DNA of 64,000 nucleotides from Marinilabiliaceae bacterium. GTDB taxonomy: Bacteria > Bacteroidota > Bacteroidia > Bacteroidales > Marinilabiliaceae. The notes beneath the pieces are model-generated. The model saw only the letters and a list, made by a program, of their open reading frames with translations. It was not told the origin of the DNA and searched no databases. Position 1 is the stretch's first letter. Each line of letters opens with the position of its first letter. The stretch is from contig JABUTU010000005.1 in assembly GCA_021443545.1 (NCBI GenBank), positions 51,205 through 115,204 of the forward strand. Reading direction: 5' to 3'. Both the position numbers and the translations under genes were made by a program. Shown here in pieces: positions 34,101-34,212 of this stretch.

Positions 34101-34178
34101 TAGTCCGATAGTTCGTAGACTAACTCTTGCAAAGCTACGGAAAGTAGCACTTAATATCTTCTCAAATCGACTTCTCAT
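1..34178 (-). CDS. Giant secreted/cell-surface repeat protein (SprB-repeat / Ig-like adhesin type). The 5' end is complete and the 3' end runs off the left edge; at least 11,392 codons are in the window.
   Basis: I translated the reverse complement by hand from ATG 34178 (in-frame alternative ATGs at 34205 and 34211). It starts [42 protein letters not shown]. I met no in-frame stop (plus-strand tta/cta/tca at positions = 0 mod 3) down to nt 3, and I re-checked 1..2100 and spots near 10.0 and 20.0 kb codon by codon. All 12 minus-strand ORFs the track lists inside 1..34 kb share one other frame (end coordinate = 1 mod 3), and none lies in this frame. That fits an ORF finder that only reports frames closed by a stop inside the window. 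The translation is highly structured, with repeated modules and conserved Cys/Gly/Trp positions. Confidence 0.9.
   Translation of the reverse strand, partial: [11392 protein letters not shown]
4110..4625 (-). repeat. Two PKD-like modules with a Y-E-W-E-L-P signature
   Basis: The two modules read [66 protein letters not shown] and [68 protein letters not shown]. They resemble the Bacteroidetes PKD-like (PKD_6-type) module as I recall it. Confidence 0.55.
4625..5540 (-). repeat. Three ~95-aa Ig-like modules of a different type (C-x-G-Q/T start, no SprB motif)
   Basis: The modules begin [16 protein letters not shown].., [17 protein letters not shown].. and [27 protein letters not shown]... Each ends with a Cys-containing strand (..DPACGRG.., ..DNYCVAQ.., ..ANNCVPV..). 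Confidence 0.55.
5540..25520 (-). repeat. Array of about 69 SprB-type repeat units (~85-100 aa each, ~20 kb)
   Basis: Each unit opens with C-x-G-x-x-(D/N)-G-x-(I/V)-x-(V/I), followed by GG..PY.Y.W and closing with ..G.Y.V.V.D..GC. Examples are [58 protein letters not shown] and [29 protein letters not shown]. This matches my memory of the SprB repeat (Pfam PF13573) of the Flavobacterium johnsoniae gliding adhesin. The unit count is a manual tally of the Cys-Gly-Asp/Asn-Gly motif and is approximate. Confidence 0.75.
25520..29400 (-). other. Non-repetitive core of the giant protein, about 1,290 aa, no family recognised by eye
   Basis: The translation between the two repeat arrays has no obvious periodicity. 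It is rich in W/Y/D/N and scattered Cys, for example ...[46 protein letters not shown]... and ...[29 protein letters not shown].... Boundaries are approximate. Confidence 0.6.
29400..33560 (-). repeat. About 15 tandem ~80-aa Ig-like modules (N-terminal stalk of the giant protein)
   Basis: The recurring pattern is C-x-G..(I/L)..L..S..GV.Y.LY.NG......G.G..L.F....AG.Y.V.A....C. Examples are [50 protein letters not shown] and [10 protein letters not shown]. Boundaries are approximate (+/-100 nt). Confidence 0.7.
34053..34178 (-). other. Predicted N-terminal signal peptide of the giant protein
   Basis: A basic N-region (MRSRFEK..R..R..R) is followed by a hydrophobic core [17 protein letters not shown] and a small-residue site GQA/ST. 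The cleavage position is a guess. Confidence 0.55.
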
Positions 34179-34212
34179 ACCTGTCGAATATTTAATTTCT
34201 TGCATAATCATC

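Noticed and set aside
1-34178. The apparent 34-kb ORF desert in the track could be non-coding repeat DNA, a heavily decayed pseudogene, or a region needing an alternative genetic code.
   Set aside because: Hand translation of the minus strand gives one continuous standard-code frame with a signal peptide and conserved repeat architecture. The desert is an artefact of the stop codon lying outside the window.
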